Assembly (NCBI RefSeq): GCF_963921235.1
Contig: NC_086101.1
Span: forward strand, 6,884,001 to 6,948,000
Direction of reading: 5' to 3'
Length of the DNA: 64,000 nt
Source: Mobula hypostoma
Lineage: Eukaryota
The notes below the pieces were generated by a model. It was given only the letters and a program-made list of their open reading frames with translations, had not been told where the DNA came from and did not search any database. A program made the translations under genes and the position numbers. Positions 63,796-64,000 of this stretch are shown here, piece after piece. Each line of letters begins with the position of its first letter. Position 1 is the first letter of the stretch.

Positions 63796-63995
63796 ACAAC
63801 ACGCTGGAGGAACTCAGCAGGTCGGGCAGCATCCGTGGAAAAGATCGGTCGACGTTTCGGGCCGGAACCCTTCATTAGGACTCCGGCCCAAAACGTCAGC
63901 CGATCTTTTCCACGGATGCTGCCCGACCTGCTGAGCTCCTCCAGCGTGTTGTTGAGTGTTGCTTTGACCCCAGCATTTGCTGATTATTTTGTGCT
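63796..63995. mobile_element. Palindromic Penelope-like terminal repeat insertion
   Basis: 71-bp arms at 63796-63866 and 63882-63952 are near-perfect reverse complements, with a 15-bp spacer. Confidence 0.85.
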
Positions 63996-64000
63996 TACAG

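Noticed and set aside
1..64000. CRISPR array or prokaryotic operon
   Set aside because: No regularly spaced repeat-spacer array. The sequence is eukaryotic, with spliceosomal introns and vertebrate LINEs.

Overview
Repeat-dense vertebrate genomic DNA. The TRIM exon sequences and the mix of repeat families suggest a cartilaginous fish, probably a ray (inference). Host genes: (i) the last three exons of an apparently intact minus-strand TRIM/B30.2 (PRY-SPRY, A33/TRIM39-like) gene at 62030-62008, 61913-61795 and 51653-51121; (ii) a convergent plus-strand B30.2 paralog exon at 364-863, pseudogenised by two stop codons and a LINE insertion; (iii) a speculative chain of six phase-compatible minus-strand exons (24504 to 4436) that I cannot assign to any known protein. 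Most of the rest is nested transposons: many CR1 LINEs (three near-identical young copies), a full-length L1/Tx1-clade element with a 15-bp TSD, Rex1/Babar LINEs, a HERO-like fragment with a restriction-like endonuclease, a solo LTR, a mariner MITE, and tRNA-derived and V-type SINEs. The most striking non-coding signal is about ten Penelope-like terminal-repeat copies that carry a minimal hammerhead-ribozyme motif, several arranged as inverted repeats or palindromes. Boundaries of degenerate repeats are approximate. No database search was possible.
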